Notes under the pieces: generated by a model
The model's input: the letters and a program-made list of their open reading frames with translations, nothing else
Databases searched by the model: none
Told to the model about the DNA's origin: nothing
Made by a program: the position numbers and the translations under genes
Source of the DNA: Gemmatimonadales bacterium
GTDB taxonomy: Bacteria > Gemmatimonadota > Gemmatimonadetes > Gemmatimonadales > GWC2-71-9
DNA: 64,000 bases
Reading direction: 5' to 3'
Assembly: GCA_037189525.1 (NCBI GenBank)
Contig: JBBCJC010000002.1
Span: 768,001-832,000 of the forward strand
Shown here: piece after piece, positions 1 to 8,778 of the stretch
Layout of the letters: every line of letters begins with the position of its first letter
How positions within the stretch are numbered: the stretch's first letter is position 1

Positions 1-32
1 AAAGTGAACCTTCCGAAACGGTCGTAATCGCC

Positions 33-2687
33 ATGGATTTCAACCGCCTTTCGATGGATCTGACCGCCGCGCTCGAGGAGTCGCGGCGTGTGGCTGGTCG
101 TGCGGGTTTGGCGTATATCCAAGCCAAGCATCTGCTGATTGCCTTGCTCGAACCTCAGGGCGCCTTGGGACGAACGGCGGCCAAGCTGCAGCTCGACGCC
201 GCTGCTGCGCTGCGGGCCGTGACGGCCGTGGCCGATGGCAGCGACGCGGTCAAGGCCGACGGTGCGCGGCAACCGGTTGCGGGCCGGAGTCTTCGCGACC
301 TGCTCGACCGGGCAACGGCCCGTGCCGATGCCAAGGGCGTCCGTACGATCGGACCGCTCGAGGTCGTGGCGGTGGCCATCGACTCGGATCAGGGCAATCT
401 GGGGCCGGCGCTTCGTGATGCCGGATGGACGGCGGACAAGCTAACTGCAGCGATGGCGTCTCCCGAGGTGATGCAGCCGGCGGAGGAACGCGCCGGCGAC
501 GACGGCGGCAGCGTGCTTGCCAAATTCACCCGCGACCTGACCGAAGCGGCCAGGCAGGGCAAGCTGATGCCCGTCGTTGGTCGGGACGCGGAAACCCGGA
601 ACGTGATCCAGACTCTGCTGCGCAAGACCAAGAACAACCCCGTTCTGGTCGGCGATCCGGGCACCGGCAAAACTGCGGTCGTCGAGGGGCTGGCGCTCCG
701 GATCGTCGCGGGCGATGTCCCTGAGTCGCTCAAGCAGGCTCGGCTGCTGGCGCTCGACCTGACCGGGTTGGTGGCGGGCGCCAAGTATCGCGGCGAGTTC
801 GAAGAGCGGATCAAGGCCATTGCCGATGAGGTCCGTGAGCTCGACGACGTGATCCTGTTTCTCGACGAGATCCACACCCTAGTCGGGGCCGGCGGGTCGG
901 CAGGTGGGATGGATGCCGCCAACATCCTCAAGCCGGCCCTGGCTCGCGGGGAACTCCGCTGCGTCGGCGCGACGACCTTCGACGAATATCGCGAGTCGAT
1001 CGAGAAGGATGGAGCCCTGGCGCGTCGCTTCGAGCGGATCGTTTGCGACGAACCCGACGACGAGATGACACTGGCCATGCTGCGGGGCGTCAAAGGCCGC
1101 TACGAAACCCATCACGGCGTGGCGATCACGGAGGACGCGCTCCAGGCCACGGTCAAACTGGGCCGACGCCATATCCGCGACCGGTACTTTCCCGACAAGG
1201 CGTTCGATGTGCTGGACGAGGCCGCCGCGCGTCTCCGGATGCAGCGGGAGGCCAAGCCCAATCTCCTGGACGAGAAGGAGCGCGCGCTGGTTCGTCTCCG
1301 GACCAAGCTGGAAGGTATCCGCGCCAGCGGTGAGGGAGACGCCTCCGCCGTCGAGCGCGAGATCGCCGCCGCCGAGCAGGATCTCGCGGCCGTGGCGGCG
1401 CGATGGGACGAGGAGAAGACGGTTGCCGACGGACTGCAGACTACTCGTCAGGCCATTCAGGACAAGCAGCGCGAGCTGGCGGCTGCCGAGGCCCAGGGTG
1501 ATGTCGCCAAGGCGGCGGAACTGCGCTACGGTGCGCTCAAATTCCTGGCGGAACAGGAGACTGATCTGGTTGCGCGCCAGGCGGCCATTCTCGAGCGGGG
1601 CGTGATGGTACCGCAGGACGTCCGCTCCAACGACGTTGCCGATGTCGTCGCCCGCCGCGCCGGGATTCCCATTTCCCGGATGCTCGAAAGCGAGCGGGAT
1701 CGGTTGCTCAAACTGGAAGAACGCCTGGCCGAACGGGTCATCGGTCAGCCGGAACCGGTCGAAGCGTTGGCGGAAGCCGCTCGGCGGATGCGAACGGATC
1801 TGCGCAAGAAGCGGAAACCGGCATCGTTCCTGTTCGTCGGCCCGACCGGGGTGGGCAAGACGGAACTGGCCAAGGGGCTCGCGGCCGCGCTGTTCGACGA
1901 CGAGAGCGCGTTGATTCGGATCGACATGGCCGAATACAAGGACGCCGGGTCGATCTCCGGTCTGATCGGATCACGACCGGGGCTGGTCGGATCGGAGCAG
2001 GGTGGTTTCCTCACCGAGCAGGTACGGCGTTCGCCGTATTCGGTGGTACTGTTCGACGAAATCGAAAAAGCCCACGCCGAGGTAATGGACCTGATGCTGG
2101 GGCTGCTCGATGAGGGCCGCCTGACCGACGCGAAGGGCCGCCTCTGTGATTTTACCAATACGATCGTGCTCCTGACGTCCAACCTCGGTGTCAAAGAGGC
2201 CAACGCGGTCGCCAAGACGGCCGACGAGCGGCGTGAGATCATCATGCAGGTGGTCCAGAGCACGCTCCGACCCGAGATCTTCAATCGCCTGGGCGGCGTG
2301 ATCCCGTTCAACTCGCTCGAACTCGACAGCCTGGAGCGGATCGTCCGGATCCATCTGGCGAGTCTGGCCGACCGGGTTCGGGACGAGTACAAAGCGTCGC
2401 TGGAAGTCGACGCGGACGCCGTAACGCTGCTTGCGCAGCTATCATATGATCCGGCGTATGGCGCCCGACCGGTGGAGCGGACCATCGATCGGCATCTGTT
2501 GAGTCCGCTGTCCCGGCTGATCATCGGTGGCGATGTCACCAAGGGCACGGTGGTCCGCGTCGTCAAAGACGGTGAAGAGGTCGTTCTCCTGGCAGGCACT
2601 CGGGAAGAGGTGGATGCGGAGGCCAAGAATCTGGCCGCCGCTGCGACCGCGCCGGCTGCGGACAGCGGAGAAGCGAAGGAGGCGTGA
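33..2687 (+). CDS. ClpB-like AAA+ ATPase (divergent paralog)
   Basis: N-terminal Clp repeat region. D1 has Walker A GDPGTGKT, Walker B LFLDEIH and pore loop AKYRGEFEER. Coiled-coil M-domain with AAELRYG. D2 has GPTGVGKT, VLFDEIEKAH and YGARP. The D2 pore loop is GLVG instead of GYVG. Confidence 0.9.
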   Translation: MDFNRLSMDLTAALEESRRVAGRAGLAYIQAKHLLIALLEPQGALGRTAAKLQLDAAAALRAVTAVADGSDAVKADGARQPVAGRSLRDLLDRATARADAKGVRTIGPLEVVAVAIDSDQGNLGPALRDAGWTADKLTAAMASPEVMQPAEERAGDDGGSVLAKFTRDLTEAARQGKLMPVVGRDAETRNVIQTLLRKTKNNPVLVGDPGTGKTAVVEGLALRIVAGDVPESLKQARLLALDLTGLVAGAKYRGEFEERIKAIADEVRELDDVILFLDEIHTLVGAGGSAGGMDAANILKPALARGELRCVGATTFDEYRESIEKDGALARRFERIVCDEPDDEMTLAMLRGVKGRYETHHGVAITEDALQATVKLGRRHIRDRYFPDKAFDVLDEAAARLRMQREAKPNLLDEKERALVRLRTKLEGIRASGEGDASAVEREIAAAEQDLAAVAARWDEEKTVADGLQTTRQAIQDKQRELAAAEAQGDVAKAAELRYGALKFLAEQETDLVARQAAILERGVMVPQDVRSNDVADVVARRAGIPISRMLESERDRLLKLEERLAERVIGQPEPVEALAEAARRMRTDLRKKRKPASFLFVGPTGVGKTELAKGLAAALFDDESALIRIDMAEYKDAGSISGLIGSRPGLVGSEQGGFLTEQVRRSPYSVVLFDEIEKAHAEVMDLMLGLLDEGRLTDAKGRLCDFTNTIVLLTSNLGVKEANAVAKTADERREIIMQVVQSTLRPEIFNRLGGVIPFNSLELDSLERIVRIHLASLADRVRDEYKASLEVDADAVTLLAQLSYDPAYGARPVERTIDRHLLSPLSRLIIGGDVTKGTVVRVVKDGEEVVLLAGTREEVDAEAKNLAAAATAPAADSGEAKEA

Positions 2688-3796
2688 TGCGGCGCATGGT
2701 GCTGATGACGGTGCTGGTTGCACTCTGTGCCTCGAATCTCGAGGCGCAGATTCCGCTGCCGTTCTTCAAGAAAAAGAAGAAGCCGCCGGCCGAGGCGGTG
2801 AAGCCACCCGAAGAGTTGCCGGCGCCAGGCACGGCTCCGGCCATTGCGCCCGCGGCTGCACCGGCCACGGCAGGCACCGCAGCAACGCCAGCGCAAGATG
2901 CTGCTGCGCCAGCCATCGTATCATCCGGCGCCGCCGTGCAGTCACAGGAGGAAAAGCAGGCGCTCCAGAATGCGATCCAGCAGGCGCTGGCAGCGGACCA
3001 GGCGGCGGATACCACGGTGGCGCACATTCGCGAGCGGATGGCGCGCTGGACCCAGGTCATGCTGCAGGACCCGACCAATGTCGTGGCACAGAGCGCATTG
3101 CAGCAGGCGCGGGACGATCTTCGCGCAGCCAACGAACGGGCACTGCAAGCCGGTAAAGCGGATCAGGCGACGCGCGATGTGGTCGCCAGCCGACTCAATC
3201 AGGCCGAGATCGACATCCGCGGTAAGAACTGGACGACGGCCGAGCAGCATCTGCGCTTCGTGCTCGATCAGGATAGCGCCAACCCGCGGGCCAGAAGTCT
3301 GATGGCGGAGCTCGAGAAGGGCCGGCGGCTTTCCGACCTGCAGCGCCAGGCGCTGTATATCATCCCGGTGCTGGTCATTCTGGCGGCGGGCCTGGTGCTG
3401 GTCGTCAAGTTGGGCGTCAAGTATCGGGAGTCGCGCCAGCAGAAAGCAGATGCGATTGCCGCGACCCGGGCTGCCGTACTGCAGATCGTCGACGGCGTCG
3501 GCCGGGGTAAGCTGGTGACTCTCGACAAGGACAAGGGCATCTTCAAGATCGGCGCTGCGCAGGGGCCGGCCGATGCCGAGAAGAACGATCTGGTCATCAG
3601 CGACTCGGCCAGCCAGGTATCGCGCTACCATTGCACCCTGGTTCGGAAGGCGGGGCAGTACTACTTGATCGACTCCAGCCTGAACGGCACCGCGGTCAAC
3701 GGCGATCCGCTCAAACGGGGCGATCACTTCCTGCTCGACGACGGCGACGAGATCACCCTGGCCGAGGTGACCCGCCTCAAGTTCCTGCACACCTGA
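2684..3796 (+). CDS. Membrane-anchored FHA-domain protein (signal peptide, helical/TPR-like ectodomain, TM, C-terminal FHA)
   Basis: Signal peptide ending LEA-Q. TM helix YIIPVLVILAAGLVLVV. FHA motifs VSRYH, DSSLNGTAVNG and LDDGDEITLA. GTGA overlap with the Clp gene. Confidence 0.85.
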   Translation: MMRRMVLMTVLVALCASNLEAQIPLPFFKKKKKPPAEAVKPPEELPAPGTAPAIAPAAAPATAGTAATPAQDAAAPAIVSSGAAVQSQEEKQALQNAIQQALAADQAADTTVAHIRERMARWTQVMLQDPTNVVAQSALQQARDDLRAANERALQAGKADQATRDVVASRLNQAEIDIRGKNWTTAEQHLRFVLDQDSANPRARSLMAELEKGRRLSDLQRQALYIIPVLVILAAGLVLVVKLGVKYRESRQQKADAIAATRAAVLQIVDGVGRGKLVTLDKDKGIFKIGAAQGPADAEKNDLVISDSASQVSRYHCTLVRKAGQYYLIDSSLNGTAVNGDPLKRGDHFLLDDGDEITLAEVTRLKFLHT

Positions 3797-3803
3797 GGGG
3801 CCG

Positions 3804-4619
3804 GTGGTGCCAGGCTATCGCCTGATTCAGCGGCTTTCGCGGCCTGGCGCGGCGCCGATCTGGGCTGCAGAGGACTCGGCGGGCAACCAGGTCGCCCTCA
3901 AACACCTCCTGCCGGCCGACCGGCAGCGGCTCGATCTCTTCCATCGTTTCCAGACCGAAGGACGGTTGCAGCGCGAACTCGGCGGGCAGCGACACTTGCT
4001 GCGCTGCTACCGTACCGTGCTCGAACCCGAGCCGGTTCTCGTCCTCGAACTGGCGAGTGGCGGGAGCCTGCGGGAACGTTTGGAAAGCGGGCCGTTAAGC
4101 GTTCAGCGGGCCGCCGACGTGGTCTGCCAGGTAGCCGATGCGCTCGACTGGCTGCATGGCAACGGCGTCTATCATCGCGACGTCAAACCGTCCAACATCC
4201 TGATCATGGCCGACGGCACGGTTCGCCTGGCTGATCTCGGTGTGGCGGCCTGCGGGACTCCGCCGCGCGGCTTGCCCGAAGGATGGATCGAAGAGGAGAT
4301 CGGGACGCTGGGGTACGCCGCGCCGGAGTTGCTCCGTGACCCCGCGCTGGCCACGGCCGCCATCGATGTGTATGCGCTCGGGGTGACCTTGTGCGAGTTG
4401 CTGATCGGAGCGCTGCCGTTGGTCTTTCCCGAGGGTGAATCGGAGGCCGAACTGCGGCAGCGGCTTGCGCAGGGACCGACGCCCGTGCTTCCGCGCGGAC
4501 TGGAGGAGCCGATGCGTACCGTTGTCCGTGGAGCGATTGCGCCGCTGCCCACCGAGCGGCCTGCGACGGCGGCGGCGTTTGCGGCGGCCGTGACCCGAGC
4601 AGCGAACCGGATGGTGTGA
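3804..4619 (+). CDS. Hanks-type Ser/Thr protein kinase, catalytic domain only
   Basis: VALK, HRDVKPSN, DLG, GTLGYAAPE and DVYALG motifs. No TM or sensor domain. Confidence 0.9.
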   Translation: MVPGYRLIQRLSRPGAAPIWAAEDSAGNQVALKHLLPADRQRLDLFHRFQTEGRLQRELGGQRHLLRCYRTVLEPEPVLVLELASGGSLRERLESGPLSVQRAADVVCQVADALDWLHGNGVYHRDVKPSNILIMADGTVRLADLGVAACGTPPRGLPEGWIEEEIGTLGYAAPELLRDPALATAAIDVYALGVTLCELLIGALPLVFPEGESEAELRQRLAQGPTPVLPRGLEEPMRTVVRGAIAPLPTERPATAAAFAAAVTRAANRMV

Positions 4620-4640
4620 TGCGCGGCTGCCGGACCGGCG

Positions 4641-5834
4641 CTAGGGGCCGCCGGCGGTCACGGTCCAGCGATCGCGCCGATCGCGGAAACGGTCGATGTG
4701 CAGATGGAGGCCCGTTCCCGCCCGATCGTTCCAGCCGCGGGCCCGGGCCGCCTGGATCTGCGCCTGCAGGATGGCATCGGTCGAGAAGTCTTTGACCCGG
4801 ATTCCCGAACGGCCGAACGCATCGATCAGAAAACGAACCTGTTCGGTGGAGAGGTCGCGCACGCGAATGTCCAGCGCGCTTCCTTTGCCGTACAGTGAAA
4901 CGTGCTCGGCGTGGTCCTGGCCGGTAATCGTAAACGGACGACTGTGGGCGGCCTGGAACGCGGTCTGGACCCGGTCGACCGCCTGGCGGAACTGATCGGC
5001 GGTCAGGTTCGAACTCAGCGTCTGACTCAGGTCGGCCAGCTTGCCGCCAGCTGCGCGAAGGCCGGCGGGCGGGTTGAGGCGATGAGCCTGGTAGATGTCC
5101 CGGACCGCCTTTGCCACCGTGTTGATGCTGGGCTCGACCCACGGGTTCCGGGCAATCGGGCTCGCGTCCAGCACGGTGATGGCGTCGGCCAACTGGCGAA
5201 GCCCTTCCTCCTGCAGGCCCAGATCGAGCAGTGTCGCTCCCCGTTCCAGACTTCGGGTCGATTCTACCATCAGACTGTCGTAGAGCCGCCCCTCGGCTTC
5301 GGTGAGCGGCGGTGGTCCCTCCGGTCCCCCGGCAGCCGATCGGACCGTGCGGACTAGCAGGGACGCGCCGTAGACACCGGCCGCGACGATCAAACCGATG
5401 GCCAGCCAGGCCCAGATCGGGAACCCGACCCGCGCCGATCCCGCTCGCCGCCTCCGCTTCCACCACCGAGCCCGGCGAGGAGCCTCGGGCGCATAGACCG
5501 GTGCGGGGTCGGGCTCCACCGGCTTGGCGCGCACCGCTCCGGTGACGAACTCGTAGCGCGCTGCAGGGGCAAACTCGATGATATCGGCGTCCGACAGTCG
5601 CGTGGCGGCCGAGATCTGGCGGCCTCCCACGCGTACGGTCGTGGCGCTGGAGAAGGGCGTCAGGTAAAAACCGTCTTCGCGCTCGGTAATCGAGGCGTGC
5701 CGGTCGGCGATGCCCGGCAGGTGGAGCCGGAGCGTGCTCGACGCGGAGGATCCGATCCAGAACGGCGACCGGTCGACGACGGCGGCCTCGCCCCGAGTCG
5801 GGGCAGCCGGGGCAAGGCGAGGAGGCGCAGGCAT
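4641..5834 (-). CDS. Degenerate FHA - TM - helical domain - M15/LAS-like Zn-peptidase domain protein
   Basis: Start trimmed to ATG at 5834 (MPAPPRL). N-terminal FHA-like region (FWIGS, IADRHASI, LSDADIIEF). Basic patch plus TM IWAWLAIGLIVAAGVYGASLLV. C-terminal H..GSALDI and HLHID motifs. Confidence 0.7.
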   Translation of the reverse strand: MPAPPRLAPAAPTRGEAAVVDRSPFWIGSSASSTLRLHLPGIADRHASITEREDGFYLTPFSSATTVRVGGRQISAATRLSDADIIEFAPAARYEFVTGAVRAKPVEPDPAPVYAPEAPRRARWWKRRRRAGSARVGFPIWAWLAIGLIVAAGVYGASLLVRTVRSAAGGPEGPPPLTEAEGRLYDSLMVESTRSLERGATLLDLGLQEEGLRQLADAITVLDASPIARNPWVEPSINTVAKAVRDIYQAHRLNPPAGLRAAGGKLADLSQTLSSNLTADQFRQAVDRVQTAFQAAHSRPFTITGQDHAEHVSLYGKGSALDIRVRDLSTEQVRFLIDAFGRSGIRVKDFSTDAILQAQIQAARARGWNDRAGTGLHLHIDRFRDRRDRWTVTAGGP

Positions 5835-5985
5835 CGGATTCAAGATGCTGCAGGCATTGGGCCGTGGCCAGACCCTAGCCAGTCTGATTTGCGGACGTAG
5901 GTTTGGGCTCGGCCCGTCCCTATTTTGCACGATTGGATACCTGAGAAACCTCGCGGAGCCCACCGGGGCGACGCGGTGAGGATGC

Positions 5986-7233
5986 ATGGGCTGGATTGCT
6001 TCGATAAGCGCAGTGCTGCTGTGGGCCGCGATGCCGGGGATGGTGAGAGCCCAGAACGGGCCCATCACGATCTTTGCCGGTCGCGTCATCGATGGCCAGG
6101 GCACCGTGCATCGAAATGCGACAGTGGTCGTCGATCGTGGCCGAATCCTTCGGATCGAGCCGCGGAAACTGGACGCACCCGCCTATGATTTTCCGCGGGC
6201 CACCGTCATGCCCGGCCTGATCGATCTGCACGTGCATCCGACCTGGTACATCACCACTAAAGGCCGGATGCACGTCGCCGGCGACGGCGATTCTCCCGCC
6301 ACGGCAACTCTCGCGGCGGCGGCTAATGCATACCGCACCCTGATGGCCGGCTTCACGACCATCGTCAGTTTGGGTGCGCCCGAAGATCGCGATCTACGGG
6401 ATGCCATTGCGGCCGGAACCACGCCGGGTCCACGCGTGCTGACCAGCCTGGCGCCGATCACGGATAGCGCGCTGACACCGGAGCAACTGCGAAGTCAGGT
6501 GCGGGAACGGGTGGCGGCTGGTGCGGACCTGATCAAAGTCTTCGCGTCGGCGCGTCTGGCCGACGGGGGCGGATCGACCTTTCGCCCGGCGCAGCTCGAA
6601 GCAATCTGTCAGGAAGCCCGCAGCGCCGGCGTGCGTACCTTTGTCCATGCGCACCGCGACGAGAGCATCCAGGCGGCGGCCGAAGCCGGATGCGATCAGG
6701 TGGAGCATGGTCTGTTTGCGACCCGCGCCGCCTTGGATCTGATGGCATCGAAGGGGACCTCGTTCGGTCCGCAGTGTAGCCTGATTTTCCGGAACTATCT
6801 GGACAATCGGCGCTGGTTCCAAGGGTTGCCGGGCATGGGCGACGACTTCTTTGCCGCCATGGAGCGCTCGGTGCCGCTGGCGGTAGGCGCGCTGCGCGAA
6901 GCGATCGGGGTGCCGTCGTTGACGATCGGATTCGGCACCGATGCTTTTGCGGGTTCCCACGGGCGGAACGCCGACGATCTGGTCTGCCGGGTCCGCCAGG
7001 CAGGGCAGCGGCCGGCGGACGCGCTCCTCTCCGCCACGTCGGTCAACGCCCGAATCCTCGGCCTCGACAAGGAAATCGGGCGACTGGCCCCGGGGTATCA
7101 GGCTGACCTGATCGTCCTCGACGGCAATCCGCTCGATGACATCACGGCGGTGCAGCGCGTCGTGATGGTCATGCGGGGAGGGCGCGTCTATCGCCACGAT
7201 CCGACGGCCTCCGACTTTCGGGCCTTCCGATGA
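5986..7233 (+). CDS. Secreted amidohydrolase-family protein
   Basis: Signal peptide; MPGLIDLHVH, HAH, EHG, GTDA and GYQADLIVLDGNPL motifs. Confidence 0.9.
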   Translation: MGWIASISAVLLWAAMPGMVRAQNGPITIFAGRVIDGQGTVHRNATVVVDRGRILRIEPRKLDAPAYDFPRATVMPGLIDLHVHPTWYITTKGRMHVAGDGDSPATATLAAAANAYRTLMAGFTTIVSLGAPEDRDLRDAIAAGTTPGPRVLTSLAPITDSALTPEQLRSQVRERVAAGADLIKVFASARLADGGGSTFRPAQLEAICQEARSAGVRTFVHAHRDESIQAAAEAGCDQVEHGLFATRAALDLMASKGTSFGPQCSLIFRNYLDNRRWFQGLPGMGDDFFAAMERSVPLAVGALREAIGVPSLTIGFGTDAFAGSHGRNADDLVCRVRQAGQRPADALLSATSVNARILGLDKEIGRLAPGYQADLIVLDGNPLDDITAVQRVVMVMRGGRVYRHDPTASDFRAFR

Positions 7234-8717
7234 TGGACGGCTTTGCGCTCGCGGTGGGTCTCGTCGGCGGCGGTCTCGTCGTCGGTCTCTGGGCGCGGAG
7301 AGTGGGACGGAAGCGGGATGAACTCCGCGCCACCAGTCTCGAAACGCACCGGCAGACGCTCGAAGTCGGCTCGGCCCGCGCCCGGGCGGACCTGCTCAAG
7401 GCCGAGGCGAAAGAAAAGGCCGTGACCGAAGACCTGGCGGCCACTCGGCGCACCGTAGCGGCCGTGCAGGCCGAACTCGAGGCGTTGCGGGTGGCGTTCG
7501 AAGAGGCGGATCACGGCCGGGACGTCGCGACCCATCGGATCGAGAATGCCCGGGCCGAGCTCTCTGCCAGCCGGGCACGGATCGGGGAACTCGAGCGGCA
7601 GCTGGAGACGCTGGCTGCGCGCGAGCCCGTAGTCGTTGGCTCCTGGGCCAGCGGCGGGCTCGGGGCCGATGAACCGGCCGAGACCGATCGCGGTGCGGTG
7701 CAAGACCGGGATGATGCGGAGCTGTCACGGGTCGAGGCCGAACTCGAGGCGGTGCGACAGGAGCGTGACCGCCTGGCATCGGCGGCGGCCGAGGAGCGCC
7801 GCCGGAGCGAGACCGTTCGTGCTCAGCTGGCGGCACGGGTAGCGGAAGAGGAGCGCCGTGTGGGTGAGGCGATCGAGGCCGCGGAAGCCGCCGCCGGCGA
7901 GCGCGATACCGCTACGGCGCGCGTCGACGGCCTGGCCGTGCGCGTGGGCGACCTCGAAGCGGCTCTCCGTGCCGAGCGAGTGGCGCATCAGGAAGAGCTG
8001 GCGAGCCTTGCTGCGCAGCGCGGGGCGTTGCTGGCGCAGGTCGAGCGGCTCGAACCGCTGCGCCGCCAGGTGGCCGACCGCGAGGAGCTGATCCGCTCCC
8101 TGGCGCGGGAACGGGATGACGCCACCGCGGCGCTCGTGCGGATCGAGCGGGATGCAATTGCCCAGGGAGACGAACTGGCCGCGCTCCGTCGCGAGCGGGA
8201 GCAACTGGCCAGCGCCAACGGCGCCAATCACACTCGCGTCGTGGAGCTCGAAACCCGGCTCGTCGTCATGGGCAGGGAGCGAGACCAGATCGAGGCCGAG
8301 CAGAAGCGTCTGACGGCCCGAGTCGAGAGCCTGCGGGCGGAGATCCGCGAACGGGATGTCCGGTTCCGCGCCTTGCTCGACGATCGGCGGTCGTTCGTCG
8401 AGGCCAGTCGTGCGCAGGAAGCAAAGCTGCGGGAAGATCTGGTCAGGGCTCGTCTCAACGGGCCGGCCGGCAACGGTCGCCCGCCGAGTGGCGACCGGGA
8501 CGATCTCAAGCGGATCTATGGGATCGGTCCCGCCATCGAGCGCCTCCTGTTTGCCCGGGGCATTACCACCTACCGGCAACTGGCTGAGCTGACCGAGGAG
8601 GATCTGGATGAGATCAGCCGGTCGATCGGCGGGTACCGCGGGCGGATTGCGCGAGACCATTGGGCTGAACAGGCCCGGCGGGAACACGAGCGAACTCACG
8701 GGGACCGGCTGGAATGA
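7230..8717 (+). CDS. Membrane-anchored long coiled-coil protein with C-terminal helix-hairpin-helix domain
   Basis: N-terminal TM; about 400 aa of E/R/A-rich heptads; C-terminal DDLKRIYGIGPAIERLLFARGITTYRQLA. Confidence 0.75.
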   Translation: MMDGFALAVGLVGGGLVVGLWARRVGRKRDELRATSLETHRQTLEVGSARARADLLKAEAKEKAVTEDLAATRRTVAAVQAELEALRVAFEEADHGRDVATHRIENARAELSASRARIGELERQLETLAAREPVVVGSWASGGLGADEPAETDRGAVQDRDDAELSRVEAELEAVRQERDRLASAAAEERRRSETVRAQLAARVAEEERRVGEAIEAAEAAAGERDTATARVDGLAVRVGDLEAALRAERVAHQEELASLAAQRGALLAQVERLEPLRRQVADREELIRSLARERDDATAALVRIERDAIAQGDELAALRREREQLASANGANHTRVVELETRLVVMGRERDQIEAEQKRLTARVESLRAEIRERDVRFRALLDDRRSFVEASRAQEAKLREDLVRARLNGPAGNGRPPSGDRDDLKRIYGIGPAIERLLFARGITTYRQLAELTEEDLDEISRSIGGYRGRIARDHWAEQARREHERTHGDRLE

Positions 8718-8778
8718 CGGTGGCTATATTCCGCCCGATTCCGATGGTCCCGAACGCGAACATGGTGTGCCGAATCTG

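Noticed and set aside
33..2687. Calling the ATPase T6SS ClpV/TssH
   Set aside because: It retains the ClpB M-domain, and no tssB/C, hcp or vgrG is in the window. It cannot be fully excluded without upstream sequence.
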